Assembly: GCA_040365065.1 (NCBI GenBank)
Contig: BAABNI010000004.1
Span: 80,854 to 144,853, forward strand
Length of the DNA: 64,000 bases
Source of the DNA: Candidatus Pelagadaptatus aseana
GTDB lineage: Bacteria > Pseudomonadota > Gammaproteobacteria > Pseudomonadales > Cellvibrionaceae
Direction: 5' to 3'
Of the stretch, positions 10,207 through 19,746 are shown piece by piece (position 1 is the first letter of the stretch; the number at the start of each line of letters is the position of its first letter). The translations under genes and the position numbers were made by a program. Under the pieces are notes generated by a model that did no database searches, was not told the DNA's origin, and saw only the letters and a list, made by a program, of their open reading frames with translations.

Positions 10207-11808
10207 TTATTTTAAAACTTTAAACTGCGCCACCAGCTCGGTCAGTGACTCCACCTCATCATTAATGCTGGATGTAGCCGCAACCACCTTGGCAGCATCA
10301 TCCCGGGTTTCACTGGAGACACTGGATATATTGACCACTCGCTGATCGATATCCACAGCCACCTGGCTTTGCTCCTCTGCAGCGGTGGCAATCAGTATGT
10401 TCATTTGCGAGATGGTATCCACCGCTGACAGAATGTTGGCCAATGCAGTCTTGGCCTCTCCGGCCAACGCCACGCTTTGTTCGGCCTCCTGCGAAGTGTT
10501 TTCCATTGCCGTAACCGCTTCCAGAGCCTGGGACTGCAGGCGCTCAATGATATTGGAAATTTCCTGAGTTGAATCCTGGGTACGCTGGGCCAGGGTTCTT
10601 ACCTCATCGGCAACCACCGCAAAACCGCGACCATGCTCGCCGGCTCTGGCAGCCTCAATAGCGGCATTGAGTGCCAGCAGATTGGTTTGCTCGGCAACAC
10701 CGGTAATGACTTCCAACACACTGCCGACCTGACTGGTTTCCTGCTGCAAACTGGTCAATACATCGGAGGTTCGATGCAAATTGCCCGACATGGCGTTAAT
10801 TTGCGACACCGCCCGACTCACCGTTTCATCGCTGGCCTTGGCCAGCGTATCTGCCGCTTTAGCTGCTTCCGCCGCCTCCGCCGAATTCGACGCCACTTCA
10901 TTTACGGTGGCCGCCATCTCGGTCATGGCAGAAGCAACCTGATCAATCTCGGTATACTGGCGATTCACCCCGGCATCGGTTTCCTCAGTGGCCTCCACCA
11001 CCGATCTGACATGTTGCTTGGTGCTGTTGACTGAAGACAGCACACTGCCAGCCAACTGGCTGATGTGATCCGACATATCATTGAATGACGAATACATCTT
11101 ACCGACCTCATTATCGGTATGAGTGATGTTGAATCGATGGGTAAAATCGCCATCACCCACTTCAGCCAAGCGGCGCTGCAACCGGCCAATATTTTCCATC
11201 AGCATGGCCATACCAAAAGCCCTGCCCATCAGCACCAGAAACAGAATGCCAAGAATACAGATAAACGCCCCGGTCAATAATTTGCTGGTGGTTTCACTGG
11301 ATGCCCGTGTCAGCATGCCTACGGCTTTGTTCATTTCCTTGAGAATAACCGGGGAGGTACGCTTAAGCTCCTGGGTATTGGCTGCGCTCTGATCCTTCAG
11401 GTAACTCTCCAACAGGCGCTTGTAATCTACCCACAGGCGCCCAACAACATCCATCTGCTTCAGAATGGCCTGATCTGTTATCGGATTCATACCCTGCTGC
11501 GGATCACCCAAAATGATTTTGTCGTGAGAGGTTTCAAACAGTGCCATGGTCTTGCGCAACACCGCTTCCTGCTCAACACCGGCACCCACCAGCATCACTT
11601 CTTTGGCCATTTTCTGGCTTAGCATCCGCTGCCGCCCTGCCACATTGATGGTCTGAGGGTCGATGGCCATACTCATATAAAGCATCACCGCCGAAGCCGC
11701 CGCCAACACAAAAATCAAAGCATAGGAAAGTAGAAACTGACTGTTGAGGGTTTTACAACCAACGGCTCTTAAGACCGTATCCGCCAGTTTGGCAAAAAAC
11801 ATTTGCAT
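10207..11808 (-). CDS. Methyl-accepting chemotaxis protein with PilJ/NarX-type N-terminal sensor region
   Basis: 533 aa. TM1 is followed by [16 protein letters not shown] (PilJ/NIT-type P-box), then TM2, HAMP and the highly conserved MA signalling hairpin ([32 protein letters not shown]). Confidence 0.85.
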   Translation of the reverse strand: MQMFFAKLADTVLRAVGCKTLNSQFLLSYALIFVLAAASAVMLYMSMAIDPQTINVAGRQRMLSQKMAKEVMLVGAGVEQEAVLRKTMALFETSHDKIILGDPQQGMNPITDQAILKQMDVVGRLWVDYKRLLESYLKDQSAANTQELKRTSPVILKEMNKAVGMLTRASSETTSKLLTGAFICILGILFLVLMGRAFGMAMLMENIGRLQRRLAEVGDGDFTHRFNITHTDNEVGKMYSSFNDMSDHISQLAGSVLSSVNSTKQHVRSVVEATEETDAGVNRQYTEIDQVASAMTEMAATVNEVASNSAEAAEAAKAADTLAKASDETVSRAVSQINAMSGNLHRTSDVLTSLQQETSQVGSVLEVITGVAEQTNLLALNAAIEAARAGEHGRGFAVVADEVRTLAQRTQDSTQEISNIIERLQSQALEAVTAMENTSQEAEQSVALAGEAKTALANILSAVDTISQMNILIATAAEEQSQVAVDIDQRVVNISSVSSETRDDAAKVVAATSSINDEVESLTELVAQFKVLK

Positions 11809-12019
11809 TGAGTGGACCTCCTGAAACTAAACATTCTCCCTGCCGTAGATGTCGGCCATTGGCTTTACTTCTTGAAGCCGACGGAAGAAAAACAACGACT
11901 GAGCAATATCAAACCTGCTAGAGCAATAAACACCCCTCACAGGCTGAGCAGCTGTATAAAATCTGATCCACATCAACAATTAATTTTACCCAATCCGGAA
12001 CAATAGACCTCGTTTCCAT

Positions 12020-12412
12020 ATGGGTATAATTATGACTACAGAAAAGGACGAGAAACCTCTTGTCTATGCCTGTTCCGGCTGTTCCAACGTGGCACAGACT
12101 GCCAACGATATGGCGCTGAGCATGAATACTTCCGGTGCCGCGGAGATGTCCTGTGTTGCCGGGGTTGGCGGTAACGTTAAACACATGATAGACAAGGCCA
12201 GATCAGGGCGCGACATTATTGCCATCGACGGCTGTTCCCACCACTGCATCAAACGCTGCTTAGAAGACAAAGGGATTGAGCCCAGTTTTCACTTCGAATT
12301 GACCGCCATGGGGATTACCGATGATGACAGCAAACCCGTCAGTCTGATCGAGAGCTCCAAAGCACTGAAAACCATCCACATGGCTTGCGGTCTGGCTTCG
12401 GCTTATCACTAG
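12020..12412 (+). CDS. DGC-domain putative zinc-binding protein
   Basis: 130 aa. Motifs YACSGCSNVAQ and AIDGCSHHCIKRC are as I recall for the DGC family (PF08859). An alternative start lies at ATG 12032. Confidence 0.5.
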   Translation: MGIIMTTEKDEKPLVYACSGCSNVAQTANDMALSMNTSGAAEMSCVAGVGGNVKHMIDKARSGRDIIAIDGCSHHCIKRCLEDKGIEPSFHFELTAMGITDDDSKPVSLIESSKALKTIHMACGLASAYH

Positions 12413-12420
12413 AAGATTGT

Positions 12421-13194
12421 TCAGGCGCCACACACCTGACATTCCGGCCGCTTGCGCACGCCTATCTGCTTAAAATCCATTCTCAGAATATCCACCAGAC
12501 ATAATTTGTTGTGGCAGGGTTCACCAATACCTGCAAGCAACTTCAGGGCTTCTGCCGCCTGCAATGCTCCCACCACGCCGACGACTGGGCTGAACACACC
12601 TGCTTGTGAGCAGCTGAGTTGATCGCCACCGATCATATGACTGAAGCACTGGTAACAGGCACTGCCGTCTTGCATATCCAGCGTTATCAACTGTCCCTCA
12701 AAACGAATGGCCGCACCGGACACCAGCGGCGTAGAGCTTTGATAACAGAGACGATTTAACAGATTGCGGGTATCCAGATTGTCGCTGCAATCGAGCACCA
12801 CATCGGCACGCTTAATCAACTCAACATGGGATTCACTGAAAAACTCCGGCACCAAATCGAGATTCAGCTCCGGGTTCAAAGGCTTCAAACGCTGCGCTGC
12901 CGAAGCCACCTTTTCCTGCCCCAGACTGGTATCGGTGTGCAGCACCTGACGATGCAAGTTACTCAACTCGACCTGATCACCATCCACCAGAGTGATCTGG
13001 CCCACCCCGGCAGCCGCCAGATAAGGGGCTGCCCCGCATCCCAGACCGCCGGCCCCCACAACCAGTACCGAGGCGTGATGGATGCGAAGTTGCGCTGCTT
13101 CATCCATGTTCGGCAGCAACAGATGACGACTGAAACGCTGTAATTGATCGTCCGTTAAATGAGTCATAGAAGTTACCCGGTGCAAATTTACCAA
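12421..13194 (-). CDS. moeB: Molybdopterin-synthase adenylyltransferase MoeB (ThiF/HesA family)
   Basis: 257 aa. Motifs FSRHLLLPNM, the Rossmann-like VLVVGAGGLGCGAAPYL, and two CxxC pairs (ACYQC, CQVCG). Context among moa/moe genes. The start may be the ATG at 13167 (MTHLTDDQL). Confidence 0.8.
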   Translation of the reverse strand: MVNLHRVTSMTHLTDDQLQRFSRHLLLPNMDEAAQLRIHHASVLVVGAGGLGCGAAPYLAAAGVGQITLVDGDQVELSNLHRQVLHTDTSLGQEKVASAAQRLKPLNPELNLDLVPEFFSESHVELIKRADVVLDCSDNLDTRNLLNRLCYQSSTPLVSGAAIRFEGQLITLDMQDGSACYQCFSHMIGGDQLSCSQAGVFSPVVGVVGALQAAEALKLLAGIGEPCHNKLCLVDILRMDFKQIGVRKRPECQVCGA

Positions 13195-13369
13195 CTCATT
13201 ATTACGAATCAGCCAAAATTATCTGTACGAATTAATCCAATAATATTAACGATAAAGCGATAGCGGGAAAACCGGGCTTGGTACATAATAAAAAGCACTA
13301 TTAACGCCGAAGCCTTTAAATCTAAGTTCCTGCCAACAGGGAATAGGATTTACTGGCCGTGATTGATGC

Positions 13370-13455
13370 TCAGGCAGCTAAAGCTCTCAGAGCAAACAGA
13401 TCGCCAGGGTTGATCCGGGAAACCGGGCGGCCTCCCGCATTTGGAAAGGCAAATA
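13370..13455 (+). promoter_or_regulatory. Candidate Moco (molybdenum cofactor) riboswitch in the moaA leader; boundaries approximate
   Basis: Immediately upstream of moaA lies ...GCTCTCAGAGC...GATCCGGGAAACCGGGCGGCCTCCCGCATTTGGAAAGGCAAATACAATG. A GAAA-capped CCGG/CCGG hairpin is followed by GCCUCCC and an AAAGG element overlapping the RBS. This resembles the 3' half of the Moco motif as I remember it. No covariance-model search was run. Confidence 0.35.
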
Positions 13456-13457
13456 CA

Positions 13458-14519
13458 ATGTTGATCGAAAGCTATACGCTGGAGGACCGCCCAGAGCAGT
13501 CTGACAGTCATAATGGCCTTGAGCTGTTTGATACTACTGAGTCCACCACTCTGACGGACAGTTACAAACGACGTTTTACCTATTTACGTCTATCCATCAC
13601 CGATGTCTGCAACTTCCGCTGTAACTACTGTCTGCCCGATGGCTATTGCCATGAGGGCGACAAGGCGCACCTGAGTCTGGATGAAATCCGTACCGTCGCA
13701 GCCGCCTTTGCCAAGGCCGGTACCCGCAAGATTCGTATTACCGGGGGCGAGCCCACCCTGCGCAAGGATCTGCCCGAGATCATTCGCATCTGTAAACAGA
13801 CGCCGGGTATTGAAAAGGTGGCGTTGACCACCAACGGTTACAAACTCACCAAACAAATTGACGAACTGCTCGACTGTGGCCTCGATGCCCTCAACATCAG
13901 CATGGACAGCCTGCGCCCGGAAACCTTCCAGCTGATCACCGGTCACGACAAACTCGATGAAATCAAACAGGCCATGGCCATGGCGTTTGAACGCGGGTTT
14001 ACCAACATCAAGATCAATGCGGTTCTGATGAAAGAGTACAACCTGGGCGAACTTCAGGCGTTTCTGGATTTCGTCAGAGACACCCCCATCAGCCTGCGCT
14101 TTATTGAAGTCATGCAGACCGGCGACAACCAGCAATTTTTCAATGCCCAGCACGTCAGTGGCGAAGTGATTCAGGAGCAACTCATTGCACAGGGGTGGCA
14201 GCCCGTGATGCGAGACGCCGACGCCGGCCCCGCCAAAGAATTTACTCACCCGGATCATCAGGGGCGCATTGGTCTGATCATGCCCTACAGCAAAAACTTC
14301 TGTGCCAGCTGTAATCGCTTAAGAGTCGCCTCCAACGGCAAACTGCACCTGTGCCTGTTTGGCGACAGCAATATTGATCTGCGGCCATTACTGGGCCAAC
14401 GGGACAGCGACCAGCTGGCGGCGTACCTGCACCAAGCGGTGGCTGGAAAAAAGGAAAGCCACCTGCTGCACGATCAGGAAACCGGTTTGACGCGCAATCT
14501 GGCGATGCTTGGGGGCTGA
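13458..14519 (+). CDS. moaA: GTP 3',8-cyclase MoaA (radical SAM)
   Basis: YLRLSITDVCNFRCNYCLP (CxxxCxxC) and the C-terminal CASCNRLR cluster, ending in GG. The ORF is open from 13359, but that extension covers the putative riboswitch. ATG 13458 is preferred. Confidence 0.9.
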   Translation: MLIESYTLEDRPEQSDSHNGLELFDTTESTTLTDSYKRRFTYLRLSITDVCNFRCNYCLPDGYCHEGDKAHLSLDEIRTVAAAFAKAGTRKIRITGGEPTLRKDLPEIIRICKQTPGIEKVALTTNGYKLTKQIDELLDCGLDALNISMDSLRPETFQLITGHDKLDEIKQAMAMAFERGFTNIKINAVLMKEYNLGELQAFLDFVRDTPISLRFIEVMQTGDNQQFFNAQHVSGEVIQEQLIAQGWQPVMRDADAGPAKEFTHPDHQGRIGLIMPYSKNFCASCNRLRVASNGKLHLCLFGDSNIDLRPLLGQRDSDQLAAYLHQAVAGKKESHLLHDQETGLTRNLAMLGG

Positions 14520-14521
14520 AC

Positions 14522-15088
14522 TTGAGCCAGCTGAATACCCTTGGCGTCGTTCTTGCGGGCGGCCAGTCATCGCGCATGGGCACAGACAAAGCCCTGCTGT
14601 GCGTCAATGGCAGGAACCAGATGGATCGCAGCCGGGAATGGCTGCTGCAAGCCGGTTGTGATGCCGTGGTGATCAGCCGCAACACCCCGGATATCTCACA
14701 CACCATCGCCGACCAGTACACCAATCAGGGCCCTCTTGGCGGGATTCACGCCGTCGTCAAAGCACACCCCCAAGCCAAGGCCTTTCTGATTCTGCCGGTG
14801 GACATGCCCCAGCTGGGTGTTCCCCTGTTACAGCAATTAATGCAGCAGCCCCATTCCTGCTTTTATCAAGACAGTCTGTTTCCCTGCCTGATCCACAACT
14901 CAGCAGAACTGGTCACGCAATTGGAACAGCGGCTCGACAGCGATCAACTGCGAGTCAAACCCTTCCTGAAGGCTATTGGCGCCAACGCCATAACCAGCAG
15001 TCAGATGGAACAGTTGCAAAACACCAACACCCCGGCCGAATGGCAGGCCGCGGTCAATCCTTCTCACACCCCTTCAACGACTGAATAA
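14522..15088 (+). CDS. mobA: Molybdenum cofactor guanylyltransferase MobA
   Basis: 188 aa with a TTG start. Motif GVVLAGGQSSRMGTDKALL, and PVDMP further on. Confidence 0.8.
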   Translation: MSQLNTLGVVLAGGQSSRMGTDKALLCVNGRNQMDRSREWLLQAGCDAVVISRNTPDISHTIADQYTNQGPLGGIHAVVKAHPQAKAFLILPVDMPQLGVPLLQQLMQQPHSCFYQDSLFPCLIHNSAELVTQLEQRLDSDQLRVKPFLKAIGANAITSSQMEQLQNTNTPAEWQAAVNPSHTPSTTE

Positions 15089-15103
15089 ACAACGAGGTTT
15101 TCC

Positions 15104-15646
15104 ATGGGCGGCCACGTAGCCAAACAATTGATTCCCCTACAGGTTGCGGTACTGACCGTTTCCGACACCCGCGATGAATCCACCGACACCTCAGGGCAAA
15201 CTCTGGTCAGACTGCTGACCGATGCCGGCCACACCATCAACGACAAGGTGATCATCAAAGACGACATCTATCAGATCCGTGCTCACATCTCCCGCTGGAT
15301 TGCCAGCGACACCACGCAGGTAGTGTTGGTTACCGGCGGCACAGGATTCACCGGGCGCGACAGTACCCCGGAAGCCGTCACCCCGCTGCTGGATAAAATC
15401 GTCGAAGGCTTTGGTGAAGTGTTCCGTGCAGAATCCATGAAAAAAATTGGCACCTCCACCATTCAGTCGCGGGCGCTGGCGGGTCTCAGCAACGGCACTT
15501 TGATCTTTTGTATGCCCGGCAGCACCGGCGCCTGTAAAGACGCCTGGGAAATCATCGAGAGCCAGATTGATGCTCGACACGCGCCGTGCAACTTTGTCCC
15601 ACAACTCAAAAACATCGACGTCGAACTGTGCTTCGGACGCGACTGA
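15104..15646 (+). CDS. moaB: Molybdenum cofactor biosynthesis protein B (MoaB/MogA family)
   Basis: 180 aa. Motifs [10 protein letters not shown] and [17 protein letters not shown], typical of the MoaB/MogA fold. Confidence 0.8.
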   Translation: MGGHVAKQLIPLQVAVLTVSDTRDESTDTSGQTLVRLLTDAGHTINDKVIIKDDIYQIRAHISRWIASDTTQVVLVTGGTGFTGRDSTPEAVTPLLDKIVEGFGEVFRAESMKKIGTSTIQSRALAGLSNGTLIFCMPGSTGACKDAWEIIESQIDARHAPCNFVPQLKNIDVELCFGRD

Positions 15647-15662
15647 ACAAGAGAGCCCTGCC

Positions 15663-16148
15663 ATGTCACTGACTCATATTGATCAACACGGTGCCGCCAG
15701 CATGGTGGATGTTTCTGATAAAGACGAAACCGCTCGCGAAGCACGTGCCTTTGCCCGCATTCGTATGCAGCCATCCACACTGGAGCTGGTGAAAAATAAC
15801 GGCCTGAAAAAAGGCGACGTACTGGCTACGGCTCGCATCGCCGGAATTCAGGCCGCCAAACAATGCTCCAATCTGATTCCCCTGTGCCATCCACTGATGC
15901 TGAGCAAGGTCGCTGTTGATTTTGAGCTGAACGAAAGTTTGAGCAGTATCGACATTACGTCTTACTGTAAGCTCAAAGGGCAAACCGGTGTTGAAATGGA
16001 AGCGCTGACCGCAGCGTCCGTTGCTGCGCTGACCATCTACGACATGTGCAAGGCCGCCGAACTGACCATGGAAATCGGTGAAGTCCATCTGCTGGAGAAA
16101 TCCGGCGGCAGGCGCGGACACTATCAACGCGACGAGGAACAAGCATGA
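15663..16148 (+). CDS. moaC: Cyclic pyranopterin monophosphate synthase MoaC
   Basis: The MoaC-like N-terminus starts at ATG 15663 ([20 protein letters not shown]). LIPLCHPL and [23 protein letters not shown] are present. 161 aa. Confidence 0.9.
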   Translation: MSLTHIDQHGAASMVDVSDKDETAREARAFARIRMQPSTLELVKNNGLKKGDVLATARIAGIQAAKQCSNLIPLCHPLMLSKVAVDFELNESLSSIDITSYCKLKGQTGVEMEALTAASVAALTIYDMCKAAELTMEIGEVHLLEKSGGRRGHYQRDEEQA

Positions 16149-16393
16149 CCCAAATACTGTTTTTCGCCCAACTCCGCGAAGATCTTGGCTGCGACAGCAT
16201 CGAACTGGATCTGCAACGCCCCTGCTCGGTCACGGAACTGCGCGACCGCATCGTCGCCGAAAATCCTCAATGGCAGGCCATTTTCAAGCACAGCCTGCTA
16301 CTGTGTTCGGTCAACCAGACACTGGCCGATTTTAAGGATCTGGTAACGCCCGGAGATGAAGTGGCCTTCTTTCCACCTGTGACCGGAGGTTAG
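16145..16393 (+). CDS. moaD: Molybdopterin synthase sulfur-carrier subunit MoaD
   Basis: 82 aa, ubiquitin-like size, ends in FFPPVTGG (C-terminal Gly-Gly). 4-nt overlap with moaC. Confidence 0.85.
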   Translation: MTQILFFAQLREDLGCDSIELDLQRPCSVTELRDRIVAENPQWQAIFKHSLLLCSVNQTLADFKDLVTPGDEVAFFPPVTGG

Positions 16394-16460
16394 ATTGTTG
16401 CTCCCACTGGTCGCTATTTCCATGGACGGAATGTATGCAGGTTTTGCAGGAGCAAAAACC

Positions 16461-16514
16461 TGTCAGAATGACAAACTCTAACAATGTCATCCTGACACGC
16501 AGTGAAGGATCTCG
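16461..16514. repeat. REP-like element (family described under findings) inserted between moaD and moaE
   Basis: TGTCAGAATGACA (16461-16473) plus ATGTCATCCTGACACGCAGTGAAGGATCTCG (16484-16514). The same ATCCT...AGGAT unit occurs in the flagellar intergenic regions. Confidence 0.65.
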
Positions 16515-16524
16515 AAGTAAAATC

Positions 16525-16983
16525 ATGAATAACACACACATAGCCGTACAAACCGAAGACTTTGATCTCGGAACCGAGTACCAAGCATTAGTGGAAGACA
16601 ACACTCAGGACGGCGGCGTTGCCCTGTTCGTCGGTCGCGTGCGCGAGTTCAATCAGGAGCAGCAGGTCACCACTCTGGAACTGGAACACTACCCGGCCAT
16701 GACCGAGAAGGCCCTCAGGGACATTGCCGATCAGGCCCGGCAGCGCTGGCAAATCAACAATCTTTGTATTATTCACCGCGTCGGCAAGCTGGAGCTGAGT
16801 GATCAGATCGTTCTGGTGGGCGTCACCAGCCCGCACCGCGAAGCCGCTTTTGAATCGGCCCAATTTTTAATGGATTATCTGAAAACCCGGGCTCCTTTCT
16901 GGAAAAAAGAAACCACAACCGCAGGAACGCAACGATGGGTCGAAGCCCAGGAAAAAGATCAGCAAGCCGCCAAGCGCTGGTAA
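16525..16983 (+). CDS. moaE: Molybdopterin synthase catalytic subunit MoaE
   Basis: The MoaE-like sequence starts at ATG 16525 (MNNTHIAVQTEDFDLGTEYQAL...FVGRVREFN). The upstream ORF extension from 16435 would translate the REP element. 152 aa. Confidence 0.85.
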   Translation: MNNTHIAVQTEDFDLGTEYQALVEDNTQDGGVALFVGRVREFNQEQQVTTLELEHYPAMTEKALRDIADQARQRWQINNLCIIHRVGKLELSDQIVLVGVTSPHREAAFESAQFLMDYLKTRAPFWKKETTTAGTQRWVEAQEKDQQAAKRW

Positions 16984-17762
16984 TTCTTGCCGCATTGTGG
17001 GGCCTGTTACTGAGCGTCACTGGCCATTCGGCTCAGGAGGATCACAACTCAAAGATGCCCCCCATCTATATTGCCTGTGCGGCCAATTTTTTTGTGCCCC
17101 TCAAGCAATTGGTTGCTGACTATAAGGCGCGTCACGCCCCCGAGGCCAACATTTTGATTTCCTCCGGCTCCTCCGGCAGCCTTTACCGTCAGATCAAATT
17201 TGGCTCGCCTCATCAACTGTTTCTCTCAGCCGACCGCTTTTTTCCACAACAACTGGAACGCGAACAGTTGGTCCTGACCGACTCGCGGCAAACCTACGCC
17301 ATCGGCCAGCTGGTATTCTGGCAACCGGGCCTGAAGCTTGAGTCTCTCGACGAACTGACCAGCCTGCAATCGCCACTGGCCATAGCCAATCCTAAAACGG
17401 CACCTTATGGCCAGGCCGCTCGAGAGGTACTTAACCGGCTGGCACCGAACAAATCCTGGCAATTGATCACCGGCACCAGCATTGCTCAAACCCATCAATT
17501 TATCAGCAGTGGCAATGTGCCGGCCGGCTTTACCAGCCGCAGTCTGATTCCGGCCAGCACAAGCGCCGTGTTAGAAGTGCCCTCCGAGTGGCATCAACCC
17601 CTAATCCAGCAGATGGTGTTGACCCGCAAAGCCAAAGACCAGCCACAGGCAACCCAGTTGTTTGCTTATCTCAGCAGCCCGGATGCCCGAACCATCATCA
17701 AAGCTCACGGTTATCTGTTGCCCGAAAAGCCCGCGCTCAAGGAGGCTCAACAGCCATTATGA
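16935..17762 (+). CDS. modA: Molybdate ABC transporter substrate-binding protein ModA
   Basis: 275 aa with a signal peptide (ALVILAALWGLLLSVTGHSA). Motifs SSGSSGSLYRQI and PYGQAAREVL. Followed by modB and modC. The annotated start overlaps the moaE end by 49 nt, so the start is uncertain. Confidence 0.8.
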   Translation: MGRSPGKRSASRQALVILAALWGLLLSVTGHSAQEDHNSKMPPIYIACAANFFVPLKQLVADYKARHAPEANILISSGSSGSLYRQIKFGSPHQLFLSADRFFPQQLEREQLVLTDSRQTYAIGQLVFWQPGLKLESLDELTSLQSPLAIANPKTAPYGQAAREVLNRLAPNKSWQLITGTSIAQTHQFISSGNVPAGFTSRSLIPASTSAVLEVPSEWHQPLIQQMVLTRKAKDQPQATQLFAYLSSPDARTIIKAHGYLLPEKPALKEAQQPL

Positions 17763-18424
17763 GTGAAACCGACCTGCTCGCTCTGGGCCTGACCCTGAAA
17801 CTGGCCACCGGTGTTACCCTGGTGCTGATTGCACTCAGCCTGCCGCTCAGCTTTTTTCTGGCTCACTGGCAATCGCGCTGGAAGCTGTTAGCCGAGGCAC
17901 TCACCACCTTACCACTGGTATTGCCTCCGACGGTGCTTGGCTATTATCTGTTGGTGGCGTTTGCCCCGGATCAGTTTCTGGGCCAGAGTTTTCACTTTCT
18001 GTTCGACCAGCAACTGGCCTTCAGTTTTGCCGGCATCTTTATCGCGTCTTTAATTTACAGCTTGCCGTTTGCCCTGCGGCCATTGCAGGCGGCCTTTGAA
18101 CAACAGGGCCGCGGTTTGATGGAAACCTCGGCCTTATTGGGCATGAACCCGACACAAACGTTCTTCCGGGTACTGCTACCCAACATCAGCCCCGCACTGC
18201 TCAGCGCGGCCTCCCTGACCTTTGCTCATACCATGGGCGAATTCGGCGTCATCCTGATGATTGGCGGCAATATTCCCGGAGAAACCCAGGTGCTGTCGGT
18301 GGCCCTGTTCGAACATGTGGAAACCCTGCAGTATCAGCAAGCCAATCAGTTGGCGTTGACCATGCTCGGCCTATCCCTGCTGGTCGTGATATTTTCCCAA
18401 TGGTTGGGCAAGCGCCATGCTTGA
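17759..18424 (+). CDS. modB: Molybdate ABC transporter permease ModB
   Basis: ATG 17759 overlaps the modA stop (ATGA). 221 aa, multi-TM, with the EAA-type loop ETSALLGMNPTQTFFRVLLP. Confidence 0.85.
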   Translation: MSETDLLALGLTLKLATGVTLVLIALSLPLSFFLAHWQSRWKLLAEALTTLPLVLPPTVLGYYLLVAFAPDQFLGQSFHFLFDQQLAFSFAGIFIASLIYSLPFALRPLQAAFEQQGRGLMETSALLGMNPTQTFFRVLLPNISPALLSAASLTFAHTMGEFGVILMIGGNIPGETQVLSVALFEHVETLQYQQANQLALTMLGLSLLVVIFSQWLGKRHA

Positions 18425-19460
18425 AATTGATATCGACATCAGCACACCCTGCCGGCTCAGGGCCAGAGCCCAGACCGACTGCCTGATCACTGGTTTGCTG
18501 GGCCCTTCCGGCAGTGGCAAAACCACTCTGCTGAGAAGCCTGTGTGGATTGAATCATCACACTGGCACCATTGAGCTCAACGGCATAGAGCAGCACAACA
18601 CGGCCACCCATAAACGACCCGTGACGCTGGTGCAGCAGCACACCCAACTGATTCCCCACTGGACGGTTCAGCAGCACATCAGCAATACCCACCATCGCGC
18701 CTGTCCTATTGATCAAACAACATTAATTGACGCCATGGGTGTCACCGATCTGCTCAGGCACAAGCCTCATCAGCTCAGCGGTGGCCAGAAACAACGAGTC
18801 GCCCTGTTGCTGGGGCTGTTGCGCTCGCCCCAGCTGCTGCTGTTGGACGAGCCCTTTACCGCGCTGGATAATCGCAGCAAGCGACAACTGTTTCCTGTTA
18901 TAGCCAGTGCCTTACAGCAGATGTCCGCGCAGGCCCTGTTGGTGTCACATCAGGTTCGCGACATTGCCAGCCTGTCCGACCGAATCTGGGAATTGAAGTC
19001 CGACGGCTCTCTTGGCCAGCATTCGGTTCAGCAAGGTCTGCGACAATATCAGGGCAATCGCTGCCACGACGTGCTGCTTAGCGCGGAATTTCTCGGCTAT
19101 GAACCACAGTATCAACTCAGTCGATTCCGGATGGGTACGCAGCAGCTGCTGGTCTCCGGTCAGCACAACTATGCCATCGGCAGCCTTGTGCGCCTGGCCA
19201 TATCCGCCGATGACGTGGGGCTGAGCCTGGATGCTCAACAGGGCAGCAGTTTTGCCAACGACCTGTCGGCCACCATCTGCCACATCGACAAAGACGATTA
19301 TGGCGCCCGGGTTCACTGCCAGATTGACGATCAGATCATCGAAGCACACATCACCGATTTTTCCCTGCAGCGCCTGTCTCTGGAATCAGGCAAACCGGTT
19401 CGCCTGATTTTTAAGGCCGGCGCCGTCGATGTACTGGGCAGCCCCATCAAGCACGACTGA
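18417..19460 (+). CDS. modC: Molybdate ABC transporter ATP-binding protein ModC
   Basis: 347 aa. Walker A GPSGSGKTT, signature LSGGQKQRVAL, Walker B LLLLDEP, and a C-terminal TOBE-like region. Confidence 0.85.
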   Translation: MLEIDIDISTPCRLRARAQTDCLITGLLGPSGSGKTTLLRSLCGLNHHTGTIELNGIEQHNTATHKRPVTLVQQHTQLIPHWTVQQHISNTHHRACPIDQTTLIDAMGVTDLLRHKPHQLSGGQKQRVALLLGLLRSPQLLLLDEPFTALDNRSKRQLFPVIASALQQMSAQALLVSHQVRDIASLSDRIWELKSDGSLGQHSVQQGLRQYQGNRCHDVLLSAEFLGYEPQYQLSRFRMGTQQLLVSGQHNYAIGSLVRLAISADDVGLSLDAQQGSSFANDLSATICHIDKDDYGARVHCQIDDQIIEAHITDFSLQRLSLESGKPVRLIFKAGAVDVLGSPIKHD

Positions 19461-19626
19461 CCCGTTTTTCAACATTCACCAAACCTGCCCCAAGCACCAA
19501 CCCCATTCATAAAATCTATGCGAGTCGCCACTATCCCCGCAGCCCTTTAAATATCGCCAGTGTGTTTTTTTGATAATCAAGGGGCCAATCTGTCAACCCC
19601 AAAATATAGAAAAAAAATCAAAAAAA

Positions 19627-19674
19627 ACGCCATATATGGTGTGTCAAGGTCTAGCCTAACACTAGATATAGGTA
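19627..19674 (+). promoter_or_regulatory. Tandem NrdR boxes upstream of nrdJ
   Basis: Box 1 is ACGCCATATATGGTGT (19627-19642). Box 2 is ACACTAGATATAGGTA (19659-19674). Both are close to the NrdR consensus acaCwAtATaTwGtgt. The 32-bp start-to-start spacing is about three helical turns. Confidence 0.6.
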
Positions 19675-19746
19675 TTATTATCTCACCCGTACTAGCCACC
19701 ACGCACATCCACCACATAACAAAGACAATATTCTCTGGGAGTTAAA

